Part shown: positions 37,700 through 50,624 of the stretch, piece after piece
Layout of the letters: each line of letters starts with the position of its first letter
Numbering within the stretch: the first letter of the stretch is position 1
Origin: Octopus sinensis
Taxonomy: Eukaryota
DNA length: 64,000 nt
Assembly: GCF_006345805.1 (NCBI RefSeq)
Contig: NC_043005.1
Span: forward strand, 52,886,001-52,950,000
Reading direction: 5' to 3'
Made by a program: the position numbers and the translations under genes
Notes under the pieces: model-generated
Told to the model about the DNA's origin: nothing
Database searches by the model: none
The model's input: the letters and a program-made list of their open reading frames with translations, nothing else

Positions 37700-37970
37700 T
37701 TTATCTCAGGTTTTGTTGTAACTCCTACAGTCTTGCCTGTATAGCAGGCTTGCTACCTGCAGCCTACAGTACCATGCCATACATTCTTTTCAACTGACCT
37801 GATTATTCTGGCCATGCCAAGGAGGCAAACCTTTTGTAACAGCTGTACTGAGCACTCTATTCCAATTTTCTTTATATATTCCTCTTGATGCCTTCTGATA
37901 CTGTCACGAAGGACCCAACAATAATTGGCACTATCTTCACTGTCTTCATTTTCTCTAGTGCATACCATCA
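37700..37970 (-). pseudogene. R4/Dong-type LINE C-terminal (RLE) relic
   Basis: Minus strand MKTVKIVPIIVGSF.TVS^EEYIKKIGIECSVQLLQKVCLLGMARIIRSV matches the typical R4/Dong end, VIPIVIGALGTV...LQKTALLGTARILR. Confidence 0.8.
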
Positions 37971-38091
37971 AAGTGACACTGGGGTACAAATATACAAAAC
38001 CCAGAATATCCATCATGACTACTCGTCTGATAAGGTTACACCAGGCACATGCATCACAACCATATGTGCGCGACATGGTGAGCTCATATCA

Positions 38092-38482
38092 AAATAAACA
38101 GCGCACAACCTTGAAGGTGGGGCCCAGTTAGAATTTTCTTCAAGTCAAGTAGCCCATCCTGCTCAAAAGGTCCCTGAATGAGGGTTGTTCAAGGATGATA
38201 AATGAAACACCCATGTTTCCAGAGATGAATTATTGAAACCCTCTTAACACATGGCTATAATGCTCCCCCACTACTTCCGCTCGAAATCAGAGATGCGCAT
38301 ATCGTCAGCCACTTAGGGACATGCTCAACTGGTTACGGTCAAACAACTGCCAAGCAAATCTGTGGCATTGAGCAGAATATTTGCTGTAGCCCATCTTTTA
38401 TACCAAGACAAAACATGTACATGATAACACTGCCAATCAGTTAAGATCAAAGGCCATGAGAGCAACTGCATGGTACTGCATT
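38092..38482. repeat. unclassified interspersed repeat (possibly LTR-like)
   Basis: GC-richer block GCCACTTAGGGACATGCTCAACTGG...GCAGAATATTTGCTGTAGCCC that I recall as a common octopus repeat. Single copy here, so it cannot be verified inside the window. Confidence 0.4.
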
Positions 38483-39719
38483 ATTATTATAAATACCAGT
38501 TAAACATTGGGATTGTTTAAACCGAACTACATTCCTTCCAGGATTTGAAGTTTCTCTCCGAAGTGGAAAAAAAATGTCAGCATCATCAGTGGCAGCAGTG
38601 TTATTGTTGCAGTTGACAGGTTTCATAGAGTGGCATCTGTGTAAGTAGTGTAGCATATGTGTGTGTGTAAGCCTTGCTGCAAATAGAATTAGCTGAGTTG
38701 CTTAACAAGCCCTATTCTTATGTAAATACATGCTCACATGCCGTATATAAAGTACATTGTACATTGTAACCCCTGCCAGTTACCATTCCTCAAAAAAAAA
38801 AAAGTAAATAAAAGGGGAAAAAAAGGGAAAGGAAGAAAGCAGGATTTAATCTGACTAGAAGTTAGCATTTATTTATTCATTCATTCTAGTTTCTCCATAA
38901 AATATCTACTTTGATTTCTATATGCACCTTTCTAAGTGTTATGGTGGTGGTAGTGTTGTGGTGAGTGTCGATACATTTTTGTGTGCATACAGCATATATC
39001 TGCACATTTGTGAGTGCGTGTGTTGCTTTTTGCTTAATATTCTGTATTTTTAGAACATTTTTATCTCTGACATGATTTAACTAACGCGTGCACACACACA
39101 CACACACACAAGTATGTATGCATGCACATATCTACATCGGTGCATATGTAATGTGTATAGATTTAAATACATCTTTCTCCTTGCTTCTTTCATTGTGCAT
39201 CTCCTTAGAAAATGTGTCAATGTGCATTTCAGTCAGTCCGAATCGCAGGTTGTCGCTATCTTTATTTGTTATTACTATTTATTACTACTTCATGTTGACA
39301 AGTTCTTCACCGAATGTATTGATGAAATTTCCATGACCGATGTGGCCTTCTAATGGTGTCAGATGTGCTCACATTCAGGTGCTTAGATTGAAAATGTAAG
39401 GTCATGCATTTCAGATTGACAGCTGCAGGAGGGGAAAAAAAAAAGAAAGAGAAAAAAAAATATCTATATAGCTTTTGCATGCGGGTTGGTTGGCTGATTG
39501 GCTGGTTGGCAGGTTAACAAATAGCTCAGCTGGAGAAAATGTCTTGTTGGTTGGCTTCGGTATTGAAAGAACTTGCTTGAGAAATGGTTCAGCCAGCCAG
39601 CCATAGCACTCTGCGAGGAACCCCGTTCTGTCAATGCCACTGTAAAAGTGGCCACCAACATCAGTAGTTCACCTCTATAACATTTGCGTATTGCCAAGCT
39701 GTCAACTTAAGCTGGTTTT

Positions 39720-39765
<46 letters not shown>

Positions 39766-40224
39766 CATACACATACACACACAGATATGATGTGTATATA
39801 TAATGTGTATGTATGTGTGTTCTGCTTTCTCTGCATTGGTTCATTGCCCTCTCACCATTTTTTATGATTTGGCTCTTCATAAACCTCCTCTACTTATCAA
39901 AAAATAATTGAGTAGTTTTCAAACACCATAGAATATAACTCACTGCATGTAATGCATTTTCTTTGCAAAGTTTTTATTTTATTTCATTTCATATTTTCTT
40001 TGGTAGTTTGCGTTAAAATCCCCGTTTCCAGGTAGTAGTCAGTAAAAGTATTCTTGTTGTTAGCTCCCTTTCTCATTCTTGGTTTCCCTATATTCTCTTT
40101 CTTTCTTTTTTTTTTTTTACGTTTTGAAAAAGACTGTTCTGATGTTAATAACCCACTTGCAGCTATCCTTGGTTTCTTTAATACAAGAATATCTCATCTT
40201 AAAGTGATCATATTTAGATTAACC

Positions 40225-40560
40225 CTTTGGCATTAAAACCAGACATACCTGGCCCAAATATTCTGTCTGTTTTATGCTCAAACTGACCAGATATGACATC
40301 TCACATCTACCCTACAATGTCATTCTAAAAATACACACTCATCATCATCATCATCGTTTAACATCCGTTTTCTGTGCTAGCACGGGTTCGACTGGGGTCT
40401 GGGAAGCCAGGAGGCTGCACCAGGCTCCAGTCTGATCTGGCAGTGTTTCTACAGCTGGATGCCCTTCCTAACACCAACCTACATCATCAAAATTTTGAAG
40501 CTGTCTGATAATGAATGATGAATTCCAAACAATATGAATAAAATAATCATTACTTTCGAC
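40225..40560 (-). mobile_element. 8620-family MITE (reverse) interrupted by a family D fragment at 40340-40479
   Basis: The MITE stops at ATACACACT, followed by (CAT)5 plus family D reverse. It resumes at ACATCATCAAAAT (40481). Confidence 0.8.
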
Positions 40561-41531
40561 AATACTAATGGGATAAAACTTTGCCTTGTAATTTTTCTGT
40601 AAGAAGCCTGACCCTGTTTCAGTTAATTTCATTTCAAATACCCACTTAGCACTTTTGGTACCAAAGCACCCAAGACCATGATACCTACTTTAACAGAAAT
40701 ATAGTAATAAAAGGGTTATTTTGACAAATCTAGTTATTTTACTGAACTCTTCCAAAGTTTTAAATTATTTTCCAAAAATAGAAAAGAATAATAATATTAA
40801 TGATAAATTAACTAGCAGTGTGTATTGGAAATTCCATGGTTATTTTGAAAATGGTGTCATGAAATTGTATATTTTTGTGCAATGTTTGATTCTTGAGATG
40901 TAAAAATCCACATAGACCATATTGAAGGGGCAATCTCTGTCTGCCTGCCTACATACTCTCTATTTCTCCCTTGAACTAACCATTTAACAGTGTCTTATTG
41001 TGATACCTATGTTACCTCTACCTTAAGTTGTTAACACTTCATTCTCCCCCTAGTTTTCTCTCTTACTCTTCACCTTCCCCTTTAGCTCATCATGTGATAG
41101 TGTAACACATTTGGCCCAAGAACAACGGCTCTCCCTCTCCCTCCCTCTCTCTCTCAATGCTTTTTCTCTGTACCAGGATAATGGTAGGGTAATTTCTAAC
41201 TGAAACTGTCATAAATTAATTTAATACAACATATATAATGATGATGATGATGACCCCTTATTTTGTTTTGTTTTTAAGGCCTCCATGTGTAGAGATGTTT
41301 TATCTGTTGGGGTTGTGCTTCTTTTTGCTAAATGATATGCACCCTTTTTTTTTACCACTAACAAATTACTCGGCTATGAATTTAGTAGTAGAAACTTTTC
41401 ACCCAGCCCAGCTCAGAGGAAGCATAGTTAAGCACTTCACACGGGAATGCAATAGTGTGACAGCAAAAGGGAAATGATTCTCATTAACTTTTATCATGAT
41501 CATCATATTTCGCTTTTACATACTACTACTA

Positions 41532-42345
41532 CTAGATTACCCATGACCCGTTAGGTCACAGGGAAAGTCTGAGTTTCCCAGCAACGGAGTTATTTTGCAT
41601 GCTTTCAAAGTATGTGACATCGAAATCGCGCATAAGTGGCTCCTTTCCCCAGAAAAGGAAAGATTTGACTGTTATTTTTTGCATTCCCTGCTACCATGTA
41701 ACAGGTATTTCAGGTCTTTTATCGCAAATTGCAGTTACGTGGTAGCAGGGTGTGCTAGAAATAGCAGCCAAATCCTTGGAAATGAGATACATTGAATGCC
41801 CTCAAAAAATATCTATGTAAAAGAAGTATTTCACACCAAGGTTACAAATGGGTCTTTTATGAAATATTTATGCCCAAATAATTTTTGTAATGGTATTCAC
41901 TTGAAAATAATTTTTAAAAAAACACTAAAATATTGTCTGTTTAAAGAAATCTAAAATATGAATACTTACTGTACAAACAACTAACATTTTTGAAATCACA
42001 TTCACTTAAAAGTATTTCTAAATGATTATTTACTGTAAAACATCAAATTGTATTTTTTTCGTTGTCAAGTCACTGTTTAATCAAAATGTAAGTTACTTCC
42101 CTTTCAGGATTAAGTTAATTTCGGAGACTTTTCCAATTATACACTGTTTTGGGTATTTATACCACGGAAACCCTTAATATCTTCACGACCACTTATCCGA
42201 TTTACGGGAAATTTGTTTCATTCCATTCGTATTTACATTTCAGGGGAACCTTAATTCATAGTATTTTCCCATTATTTGCCAGTTTGGCTGAGTAACATTG
42301 CCAGCAAGAAAGATTCAATCTGACTTTTAATGTATTATAGATAGA
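41532..42345 (-). mobile_element. non-autonomous Helitron, ~814 bp
   Basis: Minus-strand 5' end A|TCTATCTATAATAC. 3' hairpin CCCTGTGACCTAACGGGTCATGGG, then TAATCTAG|T. Confidence 0.8.
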
Positions 42346-42584
42346 TATACTATATACTTATGTACCTATTTTAACTTTCATAATCTACTATGGTCACATA
42401 GTTGGGCAATTGGGCTAGTCAAATCAGAACGCTAAAAATGGGCATATATACCCCTAAAGCATCCCATTAGTCACTCTAGCTATTCTACTAATCCACTTTC
42501 CTGGATCAGTGTTTTATTTAGTGACCACTACCACTAAAAGGATGAAGCACGATAAAGTTCAAATTGGTGATGGAATTTGCTTCC

Positions 42585-42720
42585 CAACCACGTGGTTCTG
42601 AGTTCAGTCCCACTGTGTTCTGTTGCACCTTGGGTGAGTGAGTGTCTTCTTCTATAGCCTCTAGCTGACTAAAGCCTTGTGTGTGGATTTGGTAGATAGA
42701 AACTGAAAGAAGCCTCTTGT

Positions 42721-42754
<34 letters not shown>

Positions 42755-42965
42755 TTCCCAATCATTGCTTGACAGCCAGTGTTGGTGTGTTTACATCTCC
42801 CATGACTTACCAGCTTTGGCAAAAGAGACCAATAGAGTAAGCACCCAGGCTCAAAAAGGAAGAAAAGGAAAATAAGTAATGGGGTCGATGCATTTAACTA
42901 AGAAAAAAAAATTCTTGAAGATTTTGCCCCAGCATGGCCACGGTCTATTCTAAAAGATAAAAGAA
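42585..42965 (+). mobile_element. family A SINE
   Basis: TTGCTTCCCAACCACGTGGTTCTGAGTTCAGTCCC...(TG)n...CCCAGCATGGCCACGGTC. Confidence 0.82.
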
Positions 42966-45507
42966 ATATTCCAAGATTGGTATTATGTTCTCATGGTTTT
43001 TACTAGTAATATCTTTGTAGTTGCATTTTTCACTATTTCAATATTCTTTTTTCTTTTTTTTTTTTTGCTAGTATTTTACAACATTTTCATATCTCTTATT
43101 TAAATCTTTTTTTGTTTTTATTTTTTTAAAATTTTTGGTTTCTGTTATTTTGTTCCTTATTTTTAGTTCTATCTTTTTTATTAATATTTTGGTATTTTGT
43201 ATCCAAATTTATTTCCCCATATAATCATTTCATGTTAGCAACTTGTTTCCTTGTGTAAAAAACATAGTATCTTAAAGACAACAGTTATTTAAGTTAACAG
43301 AGCTGTTTGTCAAATTTACTGTTTATGTGGCAGCCAGAGGGTGGGTGGGTGGGGAGGTACAAGTTTTTCTGTTAGTCTTTCTTTCTTTCTTTCGAAACCC
43401 AACTCTTAATGGTTTGGTTTGTATTCATTATATCAACAACACAATTATGCTAAAGTTCTTTTGACTTATCACTCGAATGTTTGTTATCTTTCTAGATGTC
43501 AGTTCTAGTCAAGGCAAAAACAAAAACAAAAAAAAAGTAGAAGAAAACAAAAAAAAAACAACAGATGGGAATCAGCAGTAATGAAAATGTTCATTATAAA
43601 GAAAGGGGTGGAAGCTGCATAATAATAATATAAAAAAAAAATGAAATAGAAAAATTATAATAAAAAACAAAAGGACATCATACACACATACAAATTGTTA
43701 AGCTGTCTTTAACAGGCATTAATTTTGAAGACTGAGTGATTGATATAAATCCACACCAATCTTGAGGAATAAGTCATTATAAAAATCTAATATTTTCAAT
43801 TTCTATTTGTCCCATTTGTCACCTAAAGACTAAATAAAATCGTTAAAGGTTGTTGTTTTTAATTTTCGTATAACGGTATTTGTGTTTGTTTCTGTATGTG
43901 TGTTTGTGTAAAAAGAGGAAGAAAAAAAAAAAACAACTATGTATATAATTTTCCAATTATAACTTTAAGGTTAACTTGTCAGGATGGATAAACTCTCAAC
44001 CTGGAAGTCATTTGTCACTCTCTATGAGCACATTTCTGTCGGCTGTAGAAACTCTAATCACAACAATGATAGTTTAATTAAACTCCCCACCCACTCTTGC
44101 CCCTCTTTATAAATTCATATAGTTTTTCTAGCCTGCCCCCCTCCCATGGTCTTCTCACTCTGTACTTAAAATAATGATGGAAAAATAGAAAAAAAAAAAA
44201 TATATAGCATGCAGGTAGCAAAAAAAAAATCAGAAGCAAAAAATAAATAAAAATGAGAAAAAAAATTCATTGATTCTTAACTTTAGGATTTATTTTTGTG
44301 ACCCCTTGATGTGCAACATTAACAGTGATATCTGATCCCTGATGATCTGTTTGTTTGTTGTGTCTTTCAATTTTGCCATTACTAATTGATGAATGACATC
44401 AAGGAAGTGTCATTTTGTGGGCAAGTCTTTTTAATAGTGACTATTCAGATAATCTTTGCTGCCTAATCTATCACTGTTCCAAGATAATGCCTGTCAGATG
44501 GCATTTTCTTAGGTTGGCACTTTCTTCAAGACAAAGCAAAATAAAGCCACATACAGAGAGAGAGAGAGAGAGAGAGAAAGAAAGAACAAAGAAAAAAGTA
44601 TGATTTATTAATTTAAATTGATTCAAATAGATTAACTGTAATTTTTTCTTTTTTTTTTCTCTTTTTCTTCTTCAACTTGTAGTTACCAGCCCATTTTCGA
44701 AATCAAATTAAGGAATTGCTATTACTATCACCCACCATTTTCACTGTTTTCCTTGTCAAAATAAAACAAAATAAATAAAAACAAACTACTATTTGTAGTT
44801 TCATTTGGAATTGATATTCTATCATTGGTTTTACACTATTAGTAAACTTCAGGTACTAAGTTCAATGTCGAAGTGGCATTTACCTGTGACTAAATTACAT
44901 GGTTAACATTGCCATCAATGTGAGACATAAAACTTACAGGTACAACTCATTTTTGTCAGCTAAGTGGATTGGAGCAATGTGAAATAGTATCTTGCTGAAG
45001 GACACTGCGTTGTCAGGAATTGAACTTACAATCTTTTGATTGTGAGCTGAATAGCTTAACCACTAATCCACACACCATTGACACACACACAAGCAGGCAT
45101 AGCTATGTTGTTAAGTTCACTTCTCAGCCATGTAGGTTTCATGTTTGGTCCAATTAGGCAGCACCTTAGGCGAGCATCTTGTATATTGATTGCTTATGGC
45201 TGGCCAGTGCCCTATTCAATTTTGTAGACAGTGCGTGTATTAACTCGCTTGTATGTGAATGTGCCCAAGCTGTTCTGCATTCTGCATCTTTTACATGAGA
45301 AACCAGGTGTATATCAATCACAGGATGAGCATCCTACCTGAAAATTTGTTTCCTATCCAAGCCAGGCTAGCATGGAGAAGCGGAGTGAATGAATGAATTA
45401 ACTATATATACATGATGAAACTGGGGACATAACATTCTATTTATTTTGTATGTTACACTGAGTTATGCTGTATTTATATAACTTTATTATTTTCTCTTTC
45501 TACTCAG

Positions 45508-45555
45508 GCCCAAATATTCATCCATCCAGAACAAGCAATTTATCTGTTTTATCAG
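45508..45555 (+). CDS. candidate 48-nt internal exon (phase 1-1)
   Basis: TTTTCTCTTTCTACTCAG| acceptor and CAG|GTAAGA donor. In phase 1 it reads (x)PNIHPSRTSNLSVLS and joins in frame to the terminal exon as ...VLS-D-KSSMKP. No transcript evidence. Confidence 0.55.
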
Positions 45556-45918
45556 GTAAGATATACAACTATTTCATTAATCCTTTATTGACACCTTCAG
45601 AAAATTTCTATACTCAATTTGTCGGTGTGGTCTGGCAGTGTTGTTGAGTGTTTCTCTGAATTCTTTCACCTAAGCTGTGGTCAACAAAGTTTATTGCTGT
45701 AGATAATCCACTTCTGCTGTTGTTGTTGTTGTTGTGTGTGTGTGTTTGGTGTATGACAAGGCATCCAGCTGTAGAAACCATGCCAAAAGTAGAACGTGTG
45801 TGAGATATCAGCTCAACTCTGAGGTCAGTAAGTCTGCATAAGAACTGACCCAAACTGTGAAAATCTGTCTAATCTACGGTTGCATGGAAAATGAATGAAG
45901 CTGCAATAATGATGGTGG

Positions 45919-45965
<47 letters not shown>

Positions 45966-46285
45966 ATTGATGTAGCATTTTATCTACAACCAGTGGAAGA
46001 ATCTTTTCACTTGTCCATCTTCATTTTCTGAAATCTTTGCTATAGATACAGGCATGACTAAGACTTCAGGTTCAGAACTGCATGTTCTGAGTTTCATCAC
46101 ACCACATGGCTTTTTTTTGAGTAAAGTCTCTTCTACTATAGTTTCAGGCTAACTGATGTTTGAGTGGAATTTGGTTGGCATAAACTATGCAGAAACTTGT
46201 TGCAGTTGTATAGTTTGACTGTATTTGCTCCATTTATGCCCGTGTCCATTTTGTATTTTATACAAGGATGATGACCTATGAAGTA

Positions 46286-46512
46286 CAGTAATCCGTCACA
46301 ATATTGCAGTTCATCTATCATGGTTTATTATTCAAGGTTACATCGATTCCTCTGTGATGTTGTTTTGCATTTATAATAAAATAAATATATACAAATTATA
46401 AAAATAATGTAAAAAAAATATGCAGTACAGTACTGTTTCTACCTCAGATTTTCACTTATCGTGGGGGTTTTTTGGAACATAACACCCACGTGAGTTGTGG
46501 GATTACTTACTG
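46286..46512. mobile_element. pogo/Tigger-like MITE
   Basis: TA|CAGTAATCC...GGGATTACTTACTG|TA. A homologous 5' end starts at 59392. Confidence 0.65.
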
Positions 46513-48154
46513 TAACCTAAGTTCTCTGACTGGTCTGATTGACTAAAAACCTCCTTGAGAAATGCTGTATCCTACTAACTGAAAACTCTCATTACTAAAA
46601 GAATTTTGACAAGTTATTTCAATGTGTTATATGCCCAAGCAATTGTTTTTCTTCTCCCAAGTTGTCTTGCATCTGTTATTCTATTGCCAGTAGAGGTGGA
46701 AAAAAAATATTACCCAAAAACATGAAGGATTTTTTTGTGCTCAAGTTAGCTACTAGCCATTTACACTATATCCTATGAGACAAACCTGTTTGTCATTCTC
46801 GTTAATTAACTTGCTCTTGAGTATATTGCAGTTAAGGCTGTATTTATAACTGGTCAGTGTTGCAGTACTTTCATCTCATTATCAATGCCAAAATTTCTTC
46901 ATTCCTGCAAATCAGTTTTAGAGCAAAGAACTTTTAGCAAAATGGAAAAATAAAACCATTTGATTTTTCAGTAAGGTATATGTTTGCCCACCTTCACAAA
47001 AACGGCTCCAAGTGTAAGAAAGTAACACTATTAGTACTGATGTATATCAGTGATCTTATTGTAAAGTGGCTGCATGGTTTATCAGGACAATTGTTAATAC
47101 AAAAGCTATCCCAAATTAGATACTTACATTTTTTATTTGCACACACACACACACACACACATTTTTATAGCTGCAAGCATGGCTGTGTAGGTTACAAATT
47201 CACTTCCTAATCACATGGGACAGAACCTGAAACCATGTGTGCAAGTGTCATCTACTGCAGCCACAAGCTGACCCAGGCCTTGTGAGTGAATTTAGTAGGC
47301 AGGAACTTAAAAGTCCACTGCATATACGTATGTATGCAAAAGTGCTTAGATAACTAAATGTAACTGTTTAAACATTATGAAACATAGCATTCAGGATGGA
47401 AACTTGTATTCTGAGACGTAGCTAATCTCAGCTCACATTATACATACATATATATATGTTTTTGTGTGTTTGGTGGGATGATTGTCATCCTCTGTTACAT
47501 TCACAAAATCATTAGCAATGTTATTCTTAAGTGCTCCCAATAAAGAATCAAAGAGCCCAGACTCTTCCCTTACTACTTTGGAAGTTATACTTTTCATATA
47601 TTTTGTCAACTCAACTCAAGCTTTTTCTGGAGAATTGACTAAGTAGAAGCGGTCCATTGAAAGGACTTACCTATGATTTGTTATATCCCACAGCACCACA
47701 TCACGCTAATTCTGCCCAAGGATTGCATCGAGGGTGTGGATGTCTGTGGAATGCTTAATCACTTAACATACTTGTCCAATGTGTTGGTAGTTCATTTAAC
47801 TTGGCCATATCCAGCTCAAATAGTCAACCTGTTTTATGTTCAAACTGACCAGTTCTGGCCTCTCACACCTATCTTATGATGTCATTTTAAAAGTAAACAA
47901 TCTTCAAAATCTCAAAGCTGAGAGATAATGATAATACAGGATTAATTCAAGACAATATGAATAAACAAACATTACATTTGACAGAATATTCTGAATGTTA
48001 GAGGGTTGTGTAATCAACTAGAAATCAACTGAAATCTATTTTTTGAATATGTATACATACATATTTTGAACAGGCTTAGTGGCATTCTCTACAAAATATA
48101 CCAGTTATAATTGGCTAATCTAATTAGCTAACGCTCATGCTGTTCATAAATAAC

Positions 48155-48513
48155 AAACGTGTGCTGGGCAAAATGTTCAGGGGCATTTCATCTGTCTTTG
48201 TTCTGGATTTAAGTTTGCTTTGCATCCTTTTGGGATCGATAAACTAAGTACTGGTTGATCATTTGGGTCAATGTAATCGACTTAAGCCCTTCCTCAAAAT
48301 TACTGGCTGTGTGCCAGAATTTGCAAGCATTATTACAGCCGTCTTTTCTATTATTTATGTTCTGAGTTCAAATCCTGCCAGGGTCAACATTGCCGTTTAT
48401 CTTTTTGGGGTTGGTAAAATAAGGTCCCTGTCAAGGAGAGATGATGTTATCATCTAATACCCACCTCCCTTCAAATTTGTTGGTTTGTGCCTTAATCAGA
48501 AGCAATCGTTACT
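48155..48513 (+). mobile_element. head-to-tail dimer of family C SINEs
   Basis: Two cores. The first ends in GCATTATTA (~48335) and the second has TATGTTCTGAGTTCAAATCCTGCCAGGGTCAAC. Confidence 0.75.
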
Positions 48514-49480
48514 GACCCCCACCCCACTGCCATCCTACATTTAATACTGTTTAGATTGCATCAATATCTGTGAGTGATTGATCCTGAACAGTTGTCATGA
48601 AGTATTTTTGATGCCAAGATTTACAACTTTGGTGGTGATGGTGGTAGTAGTGGTGGTGGTGGTGATGGTTGTCTGAGAGAATTCTTAAAACAACAAATTG
48701 TTTACAATTAACCAAAGTTAGTGAAATGGCTAGCTCTGACCCCACCCCTCTTTAAAAGTCTCAATCTTTGTTTTATCCTGTTTTATTAGTTTGATAAATA
48801 ATTTTAATTTTTTTTATTTTTTCTTAAATGGTCCTATCTCTCTCTCTGTGATGATTGCTTTTACAGTTGTGTGTACATGTGTGTATGTGTGTGTGTAATG
48901 TCTAATTTAGTTTAACTGTAAATTTTCTGTTTTATGTGTTTGCGTGTGTTGTTGGTTCTTTGTTTTTCCTTGACTATAAAACTACCGAGATAAAGAGCTA
49001 TCGGTCCAGAAAATATAATCAACAATTAGTTAAGATGCTATTTTGATATCTTGATTGATTGAATTCTTTGGTTGGTCAATATAGTGAATTATGGCGTTTG
49101 TATGTTTTGCAACTCTTACTACTTTTCGACTGATAATATCCTGATACTTTGGCTAAAAGCTCAACCTAGGTGACTTTTCCTTTTGTCAGATTGTCTTGCT
49201 GTCTTGCCCATCTTCCTTATCTGCTGCAAGATGGTTACACTTCAAAAGACAATAGAAAAATTAATAGTTGGGGCAAGCTGAGTTATCATTTTATTTCCAC
49301 GATTGATTAATGTCTTCCATATATTGAGTTGTGAATGGATGGACACTGGGTAAGGTGTCCAGCCAGTCGCAAAACAATCTTCCTTTCACCCTCTCCTTTT
49401 TACTTCTCACTTGTATCTCTTCCCTTTCCCCTGTTTCCGATAGGTCTGTCTGTCTGTCTCTCTCTCTCTCAACATTCTCA

Positions 49481-49511
<31 letters not shown>

Positions 49512-50579
49512 TCTGTCTATCGTTCTTTCCCTACCCTTATCCTACTGTTGTTCCTTCTCTCTCATGGTGCTACATTAGTAAACTTTAATAGTTTCTTTTT
49601 ATTTTATTTGTCTTTTTAAAATTTATTTTTCAAGGTAGTTAATTAATAATGTTCATGTAAAATTTTAACTAATATTGCTTACTGGCTTATTAGAATTAAC
49701 AAGAAATTCAGTTCTTTTTTTTTCTCTTTTTCTTTTGTAGTTTATTTCTATGATGGCAGTTATTTTTGAAATTTTTACCTTGTTACTACATATATTATTA
49801 TTATTATTACAATATATATATATATATTGTAATAATAGGGATCTAAAGAAGCAAAGATCCCTGCCAAATGCATGGCTTACAATAACGACTGGTTAAGGCT
49901 AGGATAAACCTTCACGTCATTCTGAAAATCCAGGAGATACAATGTTGGAGAGAATGTATATAAATAGAACAGATAAGAGAAATGAGGTGAGAGAATAGAT
50001 GTTTATTCCGTTTGTTTACGTACATAGATACATACTGGAGTCCTTGACCAATGGCTTGAAGGTTATTGTGGCCAGAAGATCTGTGTCATCAGACAACAGT
50101 TGGGCATCAACTAGCAAGTGAGCTGCCACTGGTGGATAACCCCATTGTTGAGCATTGCTTATTGTGCACCTGGAGACCTTTCAGTACATGTCATGGAGGC
50201 CCAGATAGGCAGTCTTGTTGGGGTTGGAATTGAATGCCAACTGCCTTAGTCACCGTCCAAGCCATTTTGTTTAGAGAAATGGGGGAAACCCTTGCAGTGA
50301 AGAGAATAATAGCAGTGTACACACACATGCGCGCAGTGGATTCCCCTGTTGAAGATAATGTATGAGCGTTCAGCTTTTGCCGAACAACCTGCACAGCTCA
50401 CTCCATCCTGCAAATCGATGTTGTCTGAACAGGCACACTGTGTGTCAGGTGTTGAAGTGACCATAAAGCAACTTCTTGAGATGAAGTGTTTTGCTCAAGA
50501 ACACAACACATTACCTAGTCTAGGAATTGAAATCATGATCATTAGATCATGAGTGCAACACCCCTAACCACTAAGCCAT

Positions 50580-50624
<45 letters not shown>

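Noticed and set aside
43496-43580. K-rich frame DVSSSQGKNKNKKKVEENKKKTTDGNQQ after an acceptor-like site
   Set aside because: Explained by A-rich low-complexity sequence, with no good donor before the stop.
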